From Candidatus Bathyarchaeia archaeon (lineage in GTDB: Archaea; Thermoproteota; Bathyarchaeia; Bathyarchaeales; JAWCNH01), in the NCBI GenBank assembly GCA_038848765.1, contig JAWCNH010000001.1:1-26927 (forward strand): a stretch of 26,927 nucleotides of DNA, given 5' to 3'. Below are positions 24,849 to 26,927 of this stretch, one piece after another. Below the pieces are notes generated by a model. It was not told the DNA's origin and searched no databases. It saw only the letters and a program-made list of their open reading frames with translations. Position numbers and translations under genes: made by a program. Each line of letters begins with the position of its first letter. The stretch's first letter is position 1.

Positions 24849-26927
24849 ATGAGAACAAAATGGGTTTCAGGAATACTAGCAATACTGCTCACTGTCAGCT
24901 CATTATGCGTAGCCTTAACTATAAAAACTGGAAACGCTGGATTCGGCATAGCTTCTATTGGTTCGCCTTGGCCAATGTTTCGTCACGATTTGACGCATTC
25001 TGGATGCTCGCCGTCTATAGCGTCTAACAACAACGCCACGGTGTGGACATACACGACTGGGGACGCAATCGTATCTTCGCCTGCAGTTGCTGACGGCATT
25101 GTTTTCGTTGGTTCTCATGACTACAATATTTATGCGCTGGATGAAAAAACTGGGGCGTTTGTTTGGAGCTACATGACTGGTGGTTCGGTTGCTTCTTCGC
25201 CTGCAGTCGTAGATGGCATTGTTTTCGTTGGGTCGTCTGACTACAAGCTTTACGCATTAAACGAAACCAACGGCGCACTCATCTGGAGTTATACGACTGG
25301 CAGCTCCATATCCTCTTCGCCTGCAGTTGCTGACGGCAAAGTCTTCGTAGGCTCTTCGGACGGCAAACTTTATGCGTTAAGCCAAACCACTGGAACATTG
25401 CTCTGGAGTTATGCAACCGGCGCGTCCATACGTTCTTCGCCTGCAGTAGCAAATGGCAAAGTCTTTGTTGGCTCTGAAGACACCAAACTTTACGCTTTAG
25501 ACGCAAACACCGGAACTCTAGTATGGAGCTACACCACTGGAAGCTCCATAGTGTCATCGCCTACAATCGCCTACGGCAAAGTTTTCTTCGGCTCGTCAGA
25601 CACCAAGCTTTACGCTTTAAACGAAACTAACGGCGCACTCATCTGGAGCTATACGACTGGCGGCTCCATCGCTTCTTCGCCCGCGGTTGCTTACGGCAAA
25701 ATATTCTTCGGCTCTTATGACAATAAGGTCTATGCATTAGACGTCCAATCTGGAACAAAAATATGGGAATACGCCACAGGCGGATGGGTCTATTCTTCGC
25801 CTGCAGTTGCTGACGGCAAAGTCTTCGTAGGCTCTTACGACAACAAAATTTACACGTTAAATCAAGCTAACGGCGCCCTTATATGGAGCTACAACACTTG
25901 GGACACTGTAAGGTCTTCGCCCGCTGTTGCTGACGGCATGGTTTTCGTAGGGTCATCAAACAAAAAATTATACGCCTTCGGCATTCACGACGTGGCAATT
26001 CTTAGCATTGTGCCCTCTAAAACAACCGCAGTGCAAGGCGAAGTTGTAAGCATTGATGTCTCTGTGAAAAATGAAGGCAACTTTTCAGAAACCTTTGAGG
26101 TCTCGCTTTACTACGACACAACAAACCTCATTGAAACAAGGCAAGTTTCACTAAACCCTGTGACATTAACAACTCTAACATTTGATTGGGACACAACCCC
26201 TGTTCCATTAGGATACCATACAATAAGCGCCTCGGTTCAAATAGTTGCTGGCGAAACCGACACTTCAGACAATTTCCTCACAGACGGAACCATAAGAATC
26301 GTGAAGTATCCGGTTGCTAGGTTCACTTATTATCCCATAATTCCCAAAGTAGGCGAAACAGTGACTTTCAACGCAAACACTTCCACTGGAAACGGCGGAG
26401 AAATCATAAGCTATAGTTGGGATTTCGGCGATAACTCCTATGGCTCTGGCAATGTTACAACCCACGCTTACTCGACTTTCGGCAATTTCACCGTAATCTT
26501 AACGATTACAGACAGCGAAGGATTAACCGACACGGAAAACACCACAATAAGAGTGATAGACTATCCAATCGCCAGTTTCACCTATCTGCCAACCCTAGTT
26601 GTTGTAAACGAAACAGTCACCTTCGACGCTTCAGCTTCAAACCCAAGAGGAGGCACCATAATCAGCTACAGCTGGGACTTTGGCGACGGCAATCACGGCT
26701 CAGGAAAAATCGTAACCCACACTTACATGTCTGCTGGAAACTTTGTTGTAAAGCTTAACGTCACAGACAATGAAGGATTATGGGACACAGCTGAAATCTC
26801 AATAAAAGCCTATGCAAGACCAAAGGCTTCGTTCTTCTTCTACCCAACTGCTCCGCATGCAGAAGAAACCGTGTTTTTCAACGCTTCAGCAAGCAGAGAT
26901 GTTGACGGCGTAATCGTAAGCTACGTA
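24849..26927 (+). CDS. Large secreted surface protein: signal peptide, 8-blade PQQ-like/BamB beta-propeller, CARDB-like domain and PKD domains; runs off the window
   Basis: Not in the ORF track; translated by hand: MRTKWVSGILAILLTVSSLCVAL...WPMFRHDLTHSG...(WSYTTGxxIxSSPAVADGKVFVGSxDxKLYAL)x8...HDVAILSI...SWDFGD (twice). GAGGAG lies upstream, and the frame stays open to the end (693 codons). Confidence 0.92.
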   Translation, partial: MRTKWVSGILAILLTVSSLCVALTIKTGNAGFGIASIGSPWPMFRHDLTHSGCSPSIASNNNATVWTYTTGDAIVSSPAVADGIVFVGSHDYNIYALDEKTGAFVWSYMTGGSVASSPAVVDGIVFVGSSDYKLYALNETNGALIWSYTTGSSISSSPAVADGKVFVGSSDGKLYALSQTTGTLLWSYATGASIRSSPAVANGKVFVGSEDTKLYALDANTGTLVWSYTTGSSIVSSPTIAYGKVFFGSSDTKLYALNETNGALIWSYTTGGSIASSPAVAYGKIFFGSYDNKVYALDVQSGTKIWEYATGGWVYSSPAVADGKVFVGSYDNKIYTLNQANGALIWSYNTWDTVRSSPAVADGMVFVGSSNKKLYAFGIHDVAILSIVPSKTTAVQGEVVSIDVSVKNEGNFSETFEVSLYYDTTNLIETRQVSLNPVTLTTLTFDWDTTPVPLGYHTISASVQIVAGETDTSDNFLTDGTIRIVKYPVARFTYYPIIPKVGETVTFNANTSTGNGGEIISYSWDFGDNSYGSGNVTTHAYSTFGNFTVILTITDSEGLTDTENTTIRVIDYPIASFTYLPTLVVVNETVTFDASASNPRGGTIISYSWDFGDGNHGSGKIVTHTYMSAGNFVVKLNVTDNEGLWDTAEISIKAYARPKASFFFYPTAPHAEETVFFNASASRDVDGVIVSYV
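25044..25983 (+). repeat. Eight tandem 120-bp (40-aa) coding repeats
   Basis: TC(T/A)TCGC recurs at 25074, 25194, 25314, 25434, 25554, 25674, 25794 and 25914, an exact 120-nt period. Confidence 0.95.

Noticed and set aside
25044-25983. The 120-bp periodic repeats as a CRISPR array or a DGR template/variable pair
   Set aside because: The repeats are in-frame coding blades with degenerate sequence and no unique spacers. No cas or reverse transcriptase gene is present, and the mismatches are not adenine-specific.
4834-26465. Many 60-175 aa ORFs antisense to or overlapping pur genes, ileS and the propeller gene
   Set aside because: They lie wholly within well-supported genes and have no motifs, as expected for shadow ORFs.
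24849-26927. PQQ-dependent dehydrogenase
   Set aside because: It has only the generic BamB-like blade consensus plus CARDB/PKD domains. No catalytic insertions or adjacent Cys-Cys motif are seen, so a structural or adhesive surface protein is more likely.

Overview
Archaeal chromosomal window. The lineage is most likely Bathyarchaeia, inferred from gene style only: an archaeal-type MAT, an Ftr homolog, a PurP-like protein and a PQQ-repeat/CARDB/PKD surface protein. Left to right: (1) a minus-strand surface-structure locus with a multi-TM protein, two secreted beta-rich proteins, a class III-signal pilin and an A24 prepilin peptidase that runs off the window; (2) a ~14 kb de novo purine cluster of two convergent arms, purE-purC-purP-like-purM-purS-purL-purQ (+) and purF-purD-[EhaR-like HAD]-[Ftr-like formyltransferase]-[PfkB kinase]-[HAD] (-); (3) a small membrane protein, a DHH phosphoesterase and an HTH-CBS regulator divergent from mat, followed by arsM; (4) ileS; (5) a large secreted beta-propeller/CARDB/PKD protein that runs off the right end. 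Main candidate system: the cluster has no purN or purT (GAR transformylase, the step after PurD). Directly after purD, and translationally coupled to it, sit three genes that match the ehaR-ehaS-ehaT triad known from the tail of methanogen Eha hydrogenase operons, and no hydrogenase gene is present here. I hypothesise that this triad is a folate-independent purine formylation module using a methanofuran/H4MPT-linked C1 donor. No rRNA, tRNA, CRISPR array or mobile element was seen.
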